A stretch of 63,048 bases of DNA, filler included, from Dugesia japonica (GCA_001938525.1; 6 parts of 6 records of this genome joined end to end with filler, not necessarily neighbours in it); one strand, 5' to 3'. Counted from the whole stretch's first letter, positions 23,371 through 44,920 are shown. A program made the numbers and translations. The notes: generated by a model not told the origin, from the letters alone.

Positions 23371-24295
23371 ATATCAGGTGGTTAACCACAACAGAATTTT
23401 AGTTTTAATTAACCTTTCATTCCATTATGTTGTGCATTAAAATAAAACCCGTTTAAAGTTTTGCATGCAAGGGTATATTGTTATCCTTATTTATTATTTT
23501 TAATCTTTAAGATTACACATCATTATGCTTTTATTACACAACGTCAAAAAGACAATCCTTAGATCAGTGTATCATTAGTTCCTCCAAATTTCATTACATA
23601 TATGAATTGATCAGATCTGTTCTTACTGAAGATAATGACATAATTACTTACCTTAAAATTTTAAATGATGCTTTTATTGAGCATTAGATGCTTGGATACT
23701 TCTGGAATTTTAATATATTAAAAATTTTATGGTAACTCATTCGTTTCAAATTCTTCGATATTCTTTTAAATTAATTTTTTAAAAAAAATTTAATTTTGCG
23801 TAATTATTTTCTTGTAGATATTTTTCTAAATCTGTAATATACATTAATTTATTCTATTTTAGGTTTTACGTGTTTTTTTCAAATAGGATTTATTTAAATC
23901 ATGATTTCATTTTTGTTGATTTTCATTAAAATTAATATCAGATGTCGCATAGTATTGGTTCTTGCTGCTTTGGCGGAATAATAATTTCTTCCAGAAAATC
24001 TTTAGTTATTTAAAAAGTACGACACTGTTTTAAATTTCCTTCCAGATTTTACACAAGCATATTTATTGTCATTTTAAATGTTTTTTTTTGACTATTTACT
24101 TCTCATAAATGTTGAACCAAATTTATTAGATGCTCAGATATTTTCATTTCATATCATCATCGCTATTTCCATATATTTTCGGGGTCTCACTGTCTCATTT
24201 AAAAAATATTAAAAAATTCAATTTTTTGTGCTAAATTTCCGTGAAGTGTGCCGTACAACCATTAAGAAAAATATGATTTCCTAACTATTATCATC

Positions 24296-24359
<64 letters not shown>

Positions 24360-24520
24360 NNNNNNNNNNNNNNNNNNNNNNNNNNNNNNNNNNNNNNNNN
24401 NNNNNNNNNNNNNNNNNNNNNNNNNNNNNNNNNNNNNNNNNNNNNNNNNNNNNNNNNNNNNNNNNNNNNNNNNNNNNNNNNNNNNNNNNNNNNNNNNNNN
24501 NNNNNNNNNNNNNNNNNNNN

Positions 24521-30591
<6,071 letters not shown>

Positions 30592-31949
30592 TTTAAATTA
30601 CTGTCGTGTTACTATAGTACAAGGTAATTAATATTGGACTGTAATAAAACAAAGTTTAATGGTTTTTTCTGCTTTTAAAAATTTTTCGTAAAATTCGTAA
30701 ATTTCATGTTACTTTTACATTTTTCATTATTCTTTGATGTTTTATTTAAATGTATAATCATGATTAAATATTGGTTTGTACAATAAAAGCTTATCATGTC
30801 ATCAACGATTTAATTTTAGAAATATGTTGAGTAATTTAATTTCTCTTTCAATATTTCTCGTTAATATATTAATTTTCTCAAAAAAAAATTTATCATTTCT
30901 TTATCTTTCAATTCAGATAAAGAATATTTAACTTGAATATATATNATGATTTTGGTAATTCTAAACATTGAATTAAGCGTTCTTTTGATAATATTTAACT
31001 TGATTGTTAGTAGGATTATTAGCCAACTGATTGCTATAATTATTATCTATAATTATTTAGAAATATATTTAGAGAAATATCCTCACTGTATGAACGTAGT
31101 AATTATTATAATTTGTTATTTACTTATTTTTGTTTTATTACAAATTTGCGATTCACAATCAGTGACATTGAAATTGATGTATTCAAATTATTCTCACAGA
31201 ATCTCGTTGATCTGCTTAATTTTCATTTAGTATTATTGTATTATTCACATTAAACTTTCGCTTTGATAAATTATAAAATAATATATCAATTGAACAAATA
31301 TATATGTTGGGATCAATNNNNNNNNNNNNNNNNNAATTATCACAGCAAACGAGGATTTAGTGTAACCGCCCTTTAGTTGCGTTGACGTCAACCCCAGTGA
31401 CTCTTACCCAACGTATAAAGTGATGTATGTTATTTGAGTTGATTTTATGTGGGGCTTGAAGCCTTTAAAAGTGACAAATGAGTTAAAGCCATTAGATCAA
31501 ATTTTCATAGATCAAGCAAAATCACAGGTGATGTTAATTTCCTTCAGCACATAGATCGATGAAGACTCTGTGAATCTTATTATGATCTAGAATTGTTGAA
31601 GAGGTGAATGTAGCATTAAATTGGAGACCCTCTAGGCTCTCGTTCTCTTGTTGGAGCCATTCGATCTCTGCATCTAGTTCCAATATTCTCATACCCCGGG
31701 ATTAGTCAATCAGGGTATGTTCCATATTTTTTCTTTAAGTGTGATACTTCAACCACCAACATAACAAGATTCTCCTGTAAGGATTGTCGGGTATGCTTTG
31801 AATTTCTAGACCGTTTTCAGTGATATCTAAATAGATCAGATTATTTCTGCATTTTATTTTATTTGTTCTGTATTTCATTGTTTGTTAACGAAATTGGGTT
31901 GAATCGATCAGATGGCAACAACTCTTTCTCTTCCTTCTTTATCTTTCTG

Positions 31950-34160
31950 TTCTAATTGTATAAAAATTGGCATCTGCATCTAATTTAAATTTTCTTTTTA
32001 TATCTGGAAAACATAATATTGGTGCAGTCATTAGAGCTTTCTTCAAACAATCAAAAGTTGCTTGGTCCGAGACACTATGCTAAGATCCATGATTTTCTTG
32101 CGTTGNTTTCTATAAACTTCCTGTAGTAATTACAAAGAATTAAGAACCTTCGCAACTTCTTCACGCAGTTAGGCCTGTCAAATGTTTTTATTGCTTTTAT
32201 TTTAAACGGATCAGTTCTAACACCATCTTTGCATTTCGCTTTGTAGAAACTGACACTTATCTGGATGAATTCTTAAACCAGTCTTCATTATTTCCGTCAG
32301 TACTTTAGTGATTACTTCACAATGTTGATCTTTATTGTGCGTAAATATCAGGATGTCATACCATGGCTCCATTAGTTCCACCTACCACTTTTGTCATCAT
32401 TTCCTGAAATGTTCTTTATGCCACTGCAATGCCAAATGGCATTCTTTTAAAACAGTCCGTGCTTTCTGGAAAACGCCGTTTTTACTTGAGATTCTTCTTT
32501 GAGTTCTATCTGATAGTACGCATTGCCCATATTTATTGAGCTNAAATATTTTGCTCCATCTAACTTGTTGAGCATTTCATCGACATTAGGCATCGGAAAG
32601 ATTTGTCTTTTCGTTATTGCATCCAATTGCCTGAAATTCAAATATATTCTTATGTCTTTCTTTTCCTTTTTTCAAACACAAATTAGTGGAGTATTCCATG
32701 AAGAGTTGCATTTCAAAATACTATTATTCTCAAACAGGTTCTGGATAGCTTCTTATATTTTAGATTTTAAATGCAATTGTTGTCTATACGGTTTAACGTT
32801 GATTGGTTTACCACTTGTAGTTATTGTGTGTTTTATCAGATGTATGCGTCCAACATATCATTTATCTGCCATGAAAAAATCTTCGTTATTTACAATTATC
32901 TTTAATAACCGTTTATTGTCTTTTATCTTCTGAATACCTTAATTTATTGTCAATCGCTCTACCTTTTTATTTTGTCTCCCAAATTTTGCTTCAATATTAC
33001 TATTAGATAGATCTTCAATTTGTAATTCATTTCCCAAATGAAAACTAATGTTTTTAGACATCATTTATTTCATTACTACAACACATGCTTCATAACATAA
33101 TTATAATTGAATAGAATTAATTAAATCTTAACATTGAACTTGGTCACTTTCTATTGGCTGAAATTATTAAATAATAATTATTTCTTTATATCCCCACGCT
33201 TAAGAAACTTTTTATGTTTTTCCACATTTCTTTCTAATAGCTGTTTATTTTCTCCTTGTACCGCATACCACCTTTCATGGATTTTCTCAATTATTCGATA
33301 AGGACCTTCAAATCTGTCTTGGCTTTAATTTCTTGTTTCTACCTTGATGAGTACAAAATCGCCCACTTTGAATTCTCTACTAGTAGTCACTTCTGAAATT
33401 TCTTATTTCTTATTTTGTATTCCTTATTCCTTTCTGAAGCGTCTGACTTGTAGAACTTTTCTCTGTTAATTTTCTTCTCAAACACGATCTCAACCTGGCT
33501 CATTTTAGTCGTCTTCTGCTTTTTTGCATTCATCGTAAATTCTATTTCGAATAAAAGATCTGCCCAATTTGTTGACTTTCTTTAATTAAATTAATCAAAT
33601 TTGCATTAATCAAATAGCGAATTGTCCTGAACTGTCTTTCAATTTATTCCGTTTGCATTGTGATGATAGGGATTCGAAAAGCAAAGTTTAATATCAAGCT
33701 TCTGTCCATAGTCACCCATAACTCTGGATTCAAACACAAATCAGTAGAGTATTCCATGGAGAGTTGCATTTCTGAATAATATTATTCTCAAAAAGGTTTT
33801 GGAGAGCTTCTTCAATTTTAGATTCTAAGTTCATTGGTTGCCTGTACGGTTTTACATTGAGTGATTCACCACTTGTGATTATTTTGTGTCTTGTCAGGTG
33901 TATGCGTCCCACATACCATTTATTTGCCATAAAAGCATCTTCTTTACTTCCAATTATTTTTAATAACCGTTAGTTGCAGCAAGAGTAACACCAAATCTCA
34001 TTGAAGGAATAGATATGCAAAGAATTTTTAGATATTAGCTTATGCGAAAGCTTGATAGCAAAACGGATGAAAAAGTCAAAAATTACATTTGCAATATTGA
34101 AGCCAAATTTGGGAGACAAATTAAAAAAGCAGAGCAATTAAATACTTTGAAGATTAAAAA
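31950..34160 (-). mobile_element. Rearranged Ty3/Gypsy pol fragments
   Basis: RT pieces (NFRQLDAITKRQIFPMPNVDEML, NVKPYRQP..CNSPWN) occur twice around an integrase C-terminal piece (PYHH..NG.IERQFRTIR). A short inverted segment lies at ~33980-34160. Confidence 0.85.
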
Positions 34161-35613
34161 CAATCAAGAAAGTAACCTCCTTGCAAACGTCATCAATTAT
34201 CACTCTAAAATCTAACTTTCCCAACAATTTTAAGTGTACTATTATTTGCACAGCGCAATCTTTCATCACTCATTTTTATATGTAGTTCTCGTAATTTATT
34301 CAAACAACTCAAACTNATAACGTTAATTCAAGCCCCTTTATCTAATTTCAGCTCAGAAATGTGGGAAATAGAATTCACCACGGTTATAAACCGGGATAAA
34401 ATAATAAAACTAGGTACCCCAAAACCAACAACCAGAGAAATCACCACGACATCTACTACGGAGCCTCCAACTACAACAGAAATGAAGAAAACATCCACGA
34501 TAATTAACGAGGAAAAGGAGGCAAAGAAAAAAAACTTCTTAAATAGTCTAATGGTAAATTTACACAATTTCAGATCAAGAGAAAACAATATGGCACCATG
34601 GGATGTACCCACCACAGAAAAAATATCAGTCATATCATCCCACTTTTTGACTACTTGATGATAATTACGTACTTCATTTAACAATGGATGGCTCCAACCA
34701 ACTCCTTTACTAGAGGAGCCCTGCCTTTTGGAATCACTTTCATATACTTCCTCATGTCGGAAAAGTTACGGAAAAAGTATACAGGTTCTTAAAGAGGGAA
34801 AGTTTTGCGGATGATATACAAGTAGAATGGGTTATCTCATATCCCCCTTAGAAAAAAATTTTTTAACTTAAATTTTCGTGACATGCCAACTGATTTCGTG
34901 AATTTGGAGACGAGTTGACTTTTCTACGGAAGCTTAATAGTTTTTAAATAGTTATAAAAATAAAAAGTATCTCAAAATTTGTAATCAGAAAAGCTATTCG
35001 ATAGAAACATTTTTGCTGATCAAGAATAATATAATTTAAAATCTTCAAAACTTATTCCTAATGAAAGATATTCCGAAATATATTGATAGATCAATTTCAT
35101 TGTTTATTGGAAAATCTTTTTATATTTCATTTATGTAATCAAAACTTTTAAAATCAATTTTGTAATTATTATTATTCTTGTAATTGTTATGCAATATAGA
35201 GTAATTTAATTTGCAATTGAAACTTTGTAGGCTGCTAATAAATTTATAACATTATATATTTGACTTTATCATTTCATTTCGTTTTATTATTAAAGAGTAA
35301 TTATGAAATTAGATTTTAATGCAGTGGTATATACGCCTCACAATGTTCAGTATTCTTATTTTAATCTTTACTTTCTTGAAATCTTCATGTGACATTTGAG
35401 ATTATACACATACTTGACATCTTGCCCTAGATCAGTAGTTCCCATGCTTATTTGGGCTATTGCCCCCTTTTTTAATAAAACAAAAATGGTATATAGAAGG
35501 GTGTTACAGAAAGTGGATAGTAAAACCAATGAAAAAGACAGAAAAAAGACCAGTTCAGTAAATATCTGGTTATAGACAAGACGAAGAAACAATACGAAAA
35601 GCTATTTTTGATT

Positions 35614-35713
35614 NNNNNNNNNNNNNNNNNNNNNNNNNNNNNNNNNNNNNNNNNNNNTTAATTAATTAANNNNNNNNNNNNNNNNNNNNNNNNNNNNNNN
35701 NNNNNNNNNNNNN
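35614..35713. other. Artificial assembly linker
   Basis: 44N-TTAATTAATTAA-44N. Confidence 0.95.
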
Positions 35714-35786
35714 ATTACTCATTAATCTATCAGTAGTAATATATAATTATTACTCATTAATCTATCAGTAGTAATATATAATTTAC

Positions 35787-37011
35787 ATTAATCTCGGCGG
35801 TATTTTTTTTCAAAGTTTCCATTTTCCTTTGATTTCTCATCGAAACTCTGCTTGATGTTCTCGTTTTAATTTTACCATTATTGAATTTCCCAGAGCTCTC
35901 AGAATTGTTGCTACTGATTTCTCCTGCGTTCAAATCTGACACTGTAAATTTCTGCTGGGGATCTTCATGATTATTATTACTCCCACTATCAATGCCCATC
36001 ACCACAGAATCGCCCTCCTTCTTCGTGGTTCCACTCGATGATAATTGGTCCACAAGATCATTCTGCTGCTGCTGCTGTTCCATTTGCAGAAGTGCCTGCT
36101 GTAAAACACTGCGATTCTTATTGAGAACACTCAACTGATCCGCAAGAACCTTTCTTCTGTCTCTCACCACCGCCATCAAGCTGTAATGATCGCTCTTCTG
36201 CTGCATTCGGTTCCTGATAATATTCAAGCAAATCTTTGTCCAGTTCTCGTTCTCTATTACGCTATGTTTGATTGGATACGGCTGTAAACCGTCCAGCTCG
36301 TATAATCCGTCCCCGATAGGCAAATAACTCACAAAATGATACGTTTCATCAGCTTCTTGGTCGTTTTCATTGAATAAACTACGCGTCGCTGGAGTGTTCA
36401 ACGATGTGGCCACACTGTGATATAAACTATTGATATTGTTATTGTTATTATGATTATCCGACCGAAGGTATCGAGCACGTTTGTTGTGTGCATCAGCCAA
36501 TTCTGGCATATTTCCAAGAGCTAACCCACGTTTTTCTGGGCTCATATTAATCGTCATATCACGAAATTTATTCAAAACACTTCCTAAATTAATACGTTCG
36601 TGGCAATTCATCAGTACCGATAACAAAGCATTTGTAGCGCAACTATTCGGTATGACTTGATGAGCAAAATAGATTTGCGTTAATTTCTCCAAATCAGTTT
36701 CATAAAGAACGTTTTTCGAAGAATTCACATTGCAAACTCCATTGGATTTTGTGTTTTCATTTATTGAAAATTGAGATCGTTTATTCTACAACGAAAATTA
36801 ATTGTAGAAATTAATTTACTGATTTTACTTTTTTAGATTCGTCCCGCCATTTAAACAGAAATACAAATCCAAAAACTTCTTCTTTAATTTCTTCAGTTAA
36901 ATCATAAATATCTTCAACTTGGACACCTTTTACCCCAATATTTTCCAAAAGCATGGTGAATAAACCCGGGTCACTTTCGAGTTCCAACCATTCTTCAACT
37001 ACTGCAGCCAT
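35787..37011 (-). CDS. BAP1: Ubiquitin C-terminal hydrolase BAP1/Calypso, first two exons (37011-36829, 36785-35787); 3' end cut by a linker
   Basis: [42 protein letters not shown] (Cys), YHFVSY (His), LYELDGL (Asp), [10 protein letters not shown] 43-bp phase-0 GT-AG intron joins the two ORFs. Confidence 0.93.
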
Positions 37012-37581
37012 TTATAANNNNNNNNNNNNNNNNNNNNNNNNNNNNNNNNNNNNNNNNNNNNNNNNNNNNNNNNNNNNNNNNNNNNNNNNNNNNNNNNNNN
37101 NNNNNNNNNNNNNNNNNNNNNNNNNNNNNNTATTGTAGAAATTATTTAGACAATAAAATTCATAAAATATAAAACGATCAAATGTTAAATGAAAACAAAA
37201 TGAAATTGTAATTCAATTGTAAAATTGAAATATAAATATTTTAATTAATAGAATTGATGAATTTAAACAGGCAAAATTATTTTATTAATTCTAATATTGT
37301 TAATAAGTATTTATGAGATAAAAAGCATTACCTTGAATATAAAAAAGCTATCGAGATATAAGAATATCACATAAAACAAANNNNNNNNNNNNNNNNNNNN
37401 NNNNNNNNNNNNNNNNNNNNNNNNNNNNNNNNNNNNNNNNNNNNNNNNNNNNNNNNNNNNNNNNNNNNNNNNNNNNNNNNNNNNNNNNNNNNNNNNNNNN
37501 NNNNNNNNNNNNNNNNNNNNNNNNNNNNNNNNNNNNNNNNNNNNNNNNNNNNNNNNNNNNNNNNNNNNNNNNNNNNNNNNN

Positions 37582-39890
37582 TCTTCTTCAGTTCTTCTAT
37601 GTCGTAGTTGCTGATTATATGGCTGATCATTTTTTCGGTTCCTGCATGTATTAACAATTTAACTATATCTTTGATCATGGATATTCTTTTCTCTTTTGGA
37701 ATCCAAATTTTCCCATGACTGGTTTTCACTATATTACTTTTGACTCTATATTTTGAATCCTTTCCTTCTCGGATATCTCGTTTGATTTTTTTGATCTCCT
37801 ATATTCACTCCTGCCATTTACATCTTTCTATCTTTACCATTTGATTTATCTGTCTTGTTTTCATCTTTCCTATCTTTGGATCTTCATGTTGCATTTGAGA
37901 TTTTGTGCATGTTTCGCACTTTATTCTTGAGAGCATATCTGCGTTTGCGTGTTTCTCGCCTTGTCTTTATATTAGTTCCATGTNNNAGCGGCTAAGGTAA
38001 TTCATCCATGTCTGGAACAGAGGTGTTATCGGTTTTTTCGTCTTTTTCATGAATACTATGACTTTGTGATCTATTAACGTTATGTATTTTTTCCATATAA
38101 ATAATGCTCAAAGTGGTTGCAGAAGTAGTAGATTATTAGTAATTCCTTTTGTTTGATACAGTAGCCCTTTTCATGTAATTTCATTGCATGTGAGTCGTAA
38201 GCAACAACCTTTTCTCTTCCATCATCATCATTTTGTGATAGGACCGCTCCTATTGCGTTGAAGCCGGCGTCAGTATCTGAAATAAAAGTTTTCTTTAAAA
38301 CCGTGTACCCTAGAATAGGTGCTTCTATCAGTGCTTGTTTCATTTCTGCTAAATCTTTCTTACATCTATTGGACCATATTAGCTTAGTGATGTTGCCTTC
38401 ACATAATTCTTCTAGGGCTCTTGATTTCTTTGAAAACTTCTTGACGAATCTTCTGTAATAATTGCATTTTCAGAAGAAGCTTCTCAGGCTTTTTACACAT
38501 TTGGGTTTCTCAAAGTCTTAATTGTTTCGATTTTCATTCGATCTGTTCAAATTTCTTCATTGTCTGTTATGTGACCAAGAAAATTCACTTTTTTATGTAA
38601 TAAGTGAAATTTTTTGTAATCACTCGCAACCCTGCCATTTAGATCCGCTCTAATACCTGACCCAGAGTTATATAATGTTCTTTTAGTCCTTCTGAGAATA
38701 TCATNNNNNNNNNNNNNNNNNNNNNNNNNNNNNNNNNNNNNNNNNNNNNNNNNNNNNNNNNNNNNNNNNNNNTTCCTGGGACTGCTGCTATACCGAATGG
38801 CATTCTTCTGAAGCAATATTGACCATTTTCTATCGAAAAGGCTGTTTTCTCTTGTGATTTGTTTTCTAACGGTACCTGGTAATACGCATTTCCTAAGCCT
38901 ATGGTACTGAAATATTAAGCCCCATACAAATTGTCTAACATTTCTTCCACGTTTGTCATCGGGAAGGCCTGTCACTCAGTAACTGCGTTCAGTTTCCTGA
39001 AGTCCAAGCAAAGTCTCACATCCTTTCTTTCTTTCTTCCAGACGTATATTAGTAGTGTATTCCACTGCAAATCACATTTTCTTGTAATCTTAGCTTCCAT
39101 TAAATTTTTTATTGCGGTATCTATTTTTTCTTCTAGATTCATGGGTTGTCTTCAAGGCTTCGTATTTATTGGAGTATCCTTTGTCACTATTTTGTGTTTT
39201 GCCACCATTATACATCCGACATCCCAGTTATCTGCCATGAATACTCCTCGATGTTGAACAGTTACTTTTTCCAGTTTCTCATCTCGTTTTGTCATCGAAA
39301 TTCTTAATGCTCTCTGTTCTCTTTCAGGATTCTCAATTTTACGACCAAACCTTGCTTTTATGTTGCAGATCCACTGTTCATCTCATAATCCTTTGTTTCT
39401 TTCTTGAAACGGTATCCAAACTGGCGTTACATGTCTATTCTTCCAACAAGATTCAGACTCATTTCTTCCACTATGGTGAATTGTACTGTTTTCTTATTGT
39501 TTCCGATCTTTACTTCTACATATATCTTGCCTGCAATGATCATTCTGCTATTATTTGCACATTTTAACACGGCATCAGTTCCTATCAGCTCCACATTTGT
39601 CAGACTTCTATAAATACTCGGGCTCATCACGTATATCTTTGCACCTGTGTCCAAAAGGCAGTCTACATATTTTCTTTGAATTCTAATTTTCACACTGGGC
39701 CTTTCTATCATCATTTGTTTTTTTTCAAATATCTCTTCCGAGTTGGCTAGTTTGCCTCCTTTAATCTTTATTTGNATCCTTTTATCGTGACAACTATTGA
39801 ATATTAATTCTTTTGTCATCTCTTCTTTGTATAGTTTGTGTGCAAAGATTTTATAGACCAGTGTTAAAATCTTTTTCTTGTACACATAAA
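37582..39890 (-). mobile_element. Decayed Ty3/Gypsy retrotransposon pol (PR-RT-RH-IN)
   Basis: LLDTGA (protease), CLDFRKLN and FLGH (RT), DTDAG..IGAVLSQ (RNase H), HAGTEK (integrase zinc finger). Confidence 0.9.
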
Positions 39891-42800
39891 AGCGAACAAT
39901 CCGTTCTCTTAAATTTTAAAGCTTCCTCGAATTCTAGTATGAGAGTAGTGTTTTTGTGGAACGCTTTCCTCAGTCGGTCCACAAAATTTAATAATTCATC
40001 TTGGCATTCATATGCTTCTCTTAATTCTCAATCAATAAAGCCAATCACCAAGAAAGTTTTATCCTTTTTCTTTACACCAGTACATTCGAAATATTTGGTG
40101 CAACCATTGATAAACTGTCCAATATCGCCACCATGCCGGTAAATTCCAGGGTGTTGAGGGTTTCTCGAATGAGGTTTATTGAAGCGTTTGTCGCCATGTT
40201 AGTTACTGATAAACTTTCTGGAAAGTCCATTAAAGTCAACAAAGTTTTTTTATAAAATTTCAAATCTTCAAATCATAAAAAACTATTTTTTAAAAGCTGA
40301 ATATTTTAAAAAAGTTGTTTAAATATTTTTTAAAAATTCTTGAAATCTTTTTTAGCATATAATTCAATTTCTTTATTCTTTTTAATGAATTATTTGTTCC
40401 AATTATTATTTGCCGTTTCCTTTATCTTCTCAGCGTGCTGATGATTTCTGTCATTTTCTTTTTTCTTCAGTATCTTCGTTTCCAAGTAGTTTCTGATTTG
40501 TTTACTGGTTATAGTCTAAGTTTTAATTCTTTAATCTTGGGTTTTCCTTAATTACTTCTTTCTTCAAATAATCTTTGGTCTCCTATTTTCAAGATTCTTT
40601 ATTTCTCTCAATGATATCTTCTTTTTCAAATTTGTCTCTACCTATTGTCATTATTAATTTCCTATAATGAACAAATTAAAATGCTACATGATGTTGAGCA
40701 TATTGAACGGAAAATTACAAAGTAGATTTATAAATTTATTAGGAAAGATTTTGATGTAAATGAAAGTAAAATTATAGAATATACAGATAATTATATCGAT
40801 AAAAAAATTTAACGATAAATAAAAGGAAACAACCAACAATAACCTATAAAAAAATGCTAAGTAGCCCAAGAATAACGATAAGTATCTAGGGTCATGAGAT
40901 GGAATGCCTATTAGATTCAGATGCATGAGTTAACGTATTATTAAAAACAATAAAAATAAATGAAAAAATGTAAAAATAGTTAAAATCGATGATATTGTAA
41001 GATGTGCGAATGACAAAAAAATTAAAAATAATTGGTAAGATTAATATTAATGTCACATCAANNNNNNNNNNNNNNNNNNNNNNNNNNNNNNNNNNNNNNN
41101 NNNNNNNNNNNNNNNNNNNNNNNNNNNNNNNNNNNNNNNNNNNNNNNNNNNNNNNNNNNNNNNNNNNNNNNNNNNNNNNNNNNNNNNNNNNNNNNNNNNN
41201 NNNNNNNNNNNNNNNNNNNNNNNNNNNAAAAAAGTATTACTTAATCAATTAATTAAAATAATCCCAGATAAATCGAAAGAAGAATTATAATTAATAAAAA
41301 AATTAAATAGTAAAAGCAGGTTGAGTACAATAAAAGTCATCACCAAAATTATTAACTATAAAAGAAAATAACGAAATAATAAATTAATCAATCACTAAAT
41401 TAATTGCAGAATAATTTTATTGATTTATTTCAGGATATATGATTAAAAATAAACTGCAGAAAAAGTAAGGTTTCCGTTGACGAAAATTGATTCTGTAAGA
41501 AATTTCTTTGTAAAATGAACAAAAAAATCAAAAAAACAAAGTTAGAAGGTGAGAAAAGTTCAGAAAAAAAGTAATTGAGGTTTTTGGATTAGTCCAATCA
41601 AGGTATGTTACTAAAAATATTGACAAAAACAATCTGAAAAAGTCTAAGAGTGAGCGGATTAATTTCGATCAACCAAAAAAGACTAAAACGTGGTATGATT
41701 CTGATGGAGTGATTGCTATAAATAGCTCAAAAAATAAGTATATAAGTGATCGCCAAATTCACAAGTTGTAGTCTAATTTTCATTGTAAAACTTACAATAA
41801 AATAATTACTACAAGAGAAAGATCAGAAGGAAGTTATAAAAATGACAACAGCTGTCGCTCCTGGTTGGCATAGTGGAAGATAACAGTGGTTACACAAAAT
41901 CCACTAGTATTAGACAGAATACTTCCCAAAAATCTTATTATGCCCTATAAGATGGTGTTTAGATTTCAAAAGAAAAGGTAGTGTGAAAATGCTCCTGTTT
42001 CTTGTACTGGATCTTGTGAGTATCATGTACATGGTTAACTATTAACTGCGGAAGACCATTTATAATTACTTTTACTTATAGTGAGCGTTTCTATGTTAAT
42101 TCTTACCTGCATAATTTATCAAATTAATTAATTGTTGTCATTATTATTGGAATTTCCTGCCGTTTTGCATAATAAACTAATAACTTATATAAACTATAGA
42201 ATACATAATTATCAGTTTCGAAGAATCGGTTATTAGTTGACTAACAAACTTGTTATCAATTTTCATGGGATAAATTAGCAGGTTTCTAGAATATAAAGTA
42301 TGGCGTTGTTTCTTCGACCTTTTACAATAAAATAAATTGGCAAAATATATTATTTATTATTATATTAGTTTCACTACGACGAATAATTCAATAACTAATC
42401 AAAAGAATGACCACAAGAACACACAGAACTTCCAGGAAAGTTTTTATGATACTGTTAGGGTTGTAAACTAAGTTAACAACAAATTAGTTGTATTTAATTA
42501 TCTAGAAATCCTTGCCTTGTTTAAATGTATTAATTAAGCAAGGTCAAAAATTTTGTTTTTTGCGAAATTATATTAAAAATAAGTTTCTTTTTTAATTACT
42601 ATAATTAGATTATATTTGAAGAAATATAAAATAAATATTTAATTTAAGTAAACAAAAACTGCTATTTTAATAAATATTTTATTTATTAAGAAATTCAGAT
42701 AAGTTATCACAAATAATAATTTCAGTATAAATACTGATTGAAAATTCAGTTGAAAAAAATAGAGAAATTTTTGAGAAAATCTTTTTAACTGTGTGCTAAT

Positions 42801-44920
42801 AAGCAGTTGAAAGCTAGATCTATTGAATTCTTGATAACTAGCAATCGAAAGTAAATTTAATTTTGTGAAATATATTCATTTTGATTGAAGTGATTAAGAT
42901 CCGTTTTCGGATTATTTTTTCATTTCACATATATATTAATTTGAATAGCCCAGTGGTTTAGACACTGAATTATTATCTGTGTTTTGTTATAAAATCAGTT
43001 CTTAAAATCTATGCATCTTTAATTAACACGTGTGGTGAGGAAACTTAGGCTCACCATTCACTACTTATCAGGACGGTATTGTAATACCGGTTTTCTTTCT
43101 TTCAATTAAAATCACCATAGGAGCAGTTTTGCTAAATCCCAAAAATCAACCGGTTTTTGTTTTTCAATTGAAATTTTGTTAATTTGATAATTATATATAT
43201 ATTTTGATTTATTTAATAAAGTTTTTATAAAACATAAAGTGTTCTCTTAGTTATTTATTGTTATTATCATATTGAATTATTATAATAAAATACTACGCAC
43301 AATTATTGAAATTTGAATTTAGAATCAGCATAAAAAAATAAATAATTGTTATTTCTCCCTCAAAGATATAACAATACGTTCAAATTTGATTTCTAAGCTA
43401 CAAAATACTATAGGTAGGTAATCCAAATAAAACTATCCTTTTACGAATCTTAATTTAGCGGCTAACTTACGAAGTTGATTATTTTTGTAAGTCACAATTA
43501 AACACCATCAACCAAAGTGAAAAAAAATCAATAAAATTACTCATTAAAAATCAGAAAAATGTATTTAAAGTAATACAAAGAATTCACAATCCATTCCAAG
43601 TATTTCCTGTAAACAATAATATTCACGGAAGCAGGAAATCAAGAATTAGTTCTTAATAAGATCTATATGGTAATTATTATTTTTAGCAGCCCATTAATAA
43701 AAAATCCCAGAAAAAATAGCATTTAAAGTCTATTGATCGCAATGGTTCAATGTAAACGACAGACTACAGACGTCGAGAAATTCTGTTTCTAGTTAAAAGA
43801 ATGATTCTGAATGAGCATTTCGAAGATGANTTAAACAGAGTTTTAAAAGAAGATATCGTGTATTTCTGTATTGTAATAATCAATAAATGTAAGCGACTGA
43901 GTTTGTAGTTTAGATTTATTTAGAAATAATTATTTACCGAATTTAAATATTCTGACCGCTAACTAATTTATTTAATTAGTACCTATGATGTCATAGTAAT
44001 GTAATTTATGCAACTTTATTCATGGAAAATGATAACAAGTTATGTCACAATGAACCCAAAGCGCACTCATTGCGGTTTCTGTATTCGTCATCTAGTAGAA
44101 GAAATAGCGATAAACGTAGATAGCAACATAAAACAGAAAAGGAAGACGCGTCTGCAGTTGTAGGAAATATGTTGAAAGAAAAGAGAAATTTAGTCTTAAA
44201 TTGCACTCCACCAAAAAAGAAATCTTTACTTCAACACAATATATGTCGATTGGCCGACATTTTTTAGATTTACCCTGGTGGCGAACAGTACCAAAGTGCT
44301 ATTAGATCAGTATGGCGCAGATAAGCAAGTTGGAGAAGTAAGGAGATAAAGAAAAGAAAATTTAATACGTATTAATGTTTTATTGAATTCAAGGCCTATA
44401 TCATCGAATAGGAATCTGATGGACTGTTTTCTAATTTCAATTTCTCGTTAAAAAATGATATCTACAACAGAAAAGTTAACAATCATACATTCTGATGGTG
44501 TACGTAGTCACATAGTAGAATAAGAAGATCTGAAATAGGGAATTCAAAAGTCAAGCAGATAAAAGCTTCTAGATAAAAGAAAGTGAGATATGAAATCATT
44601 GGAAAATCAACAATAATATCCGTTACAATTATTGAATTTCTGAATCTTCCTATTTGAATGTTGTCCACTAGTTTTCTAAGTGGTTTGCATACTTTTCAAT
44701 AATTACTATGCTGCTATACTAGTGCCATTTGTTATTATTTTATTTCTTTTGTTTAACTTCGTTTTTTAATCTTTTTGTGGTTAATCTGTATGACTACTTT
44801 AACTTTTCAAATCTTAAATTAATTTTATTGAATTATAAATATGTTAAGAGGTAACTCTGAGAAAACATATGCATAGATTTTGATCTTGATTACATATACA
44901 AATATTATAGATGCAACGCT

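Noticed and set aside
35714-35784. ~35-bp direct duplication
   Set aside because: Lies at a contig edge next to a linker; may be an artefact.
41500-44700. Coding-like, partly Cys-rich decayed segments
   Set aside because: Multiple stops and no motif I can assign; probably old transposon debris.
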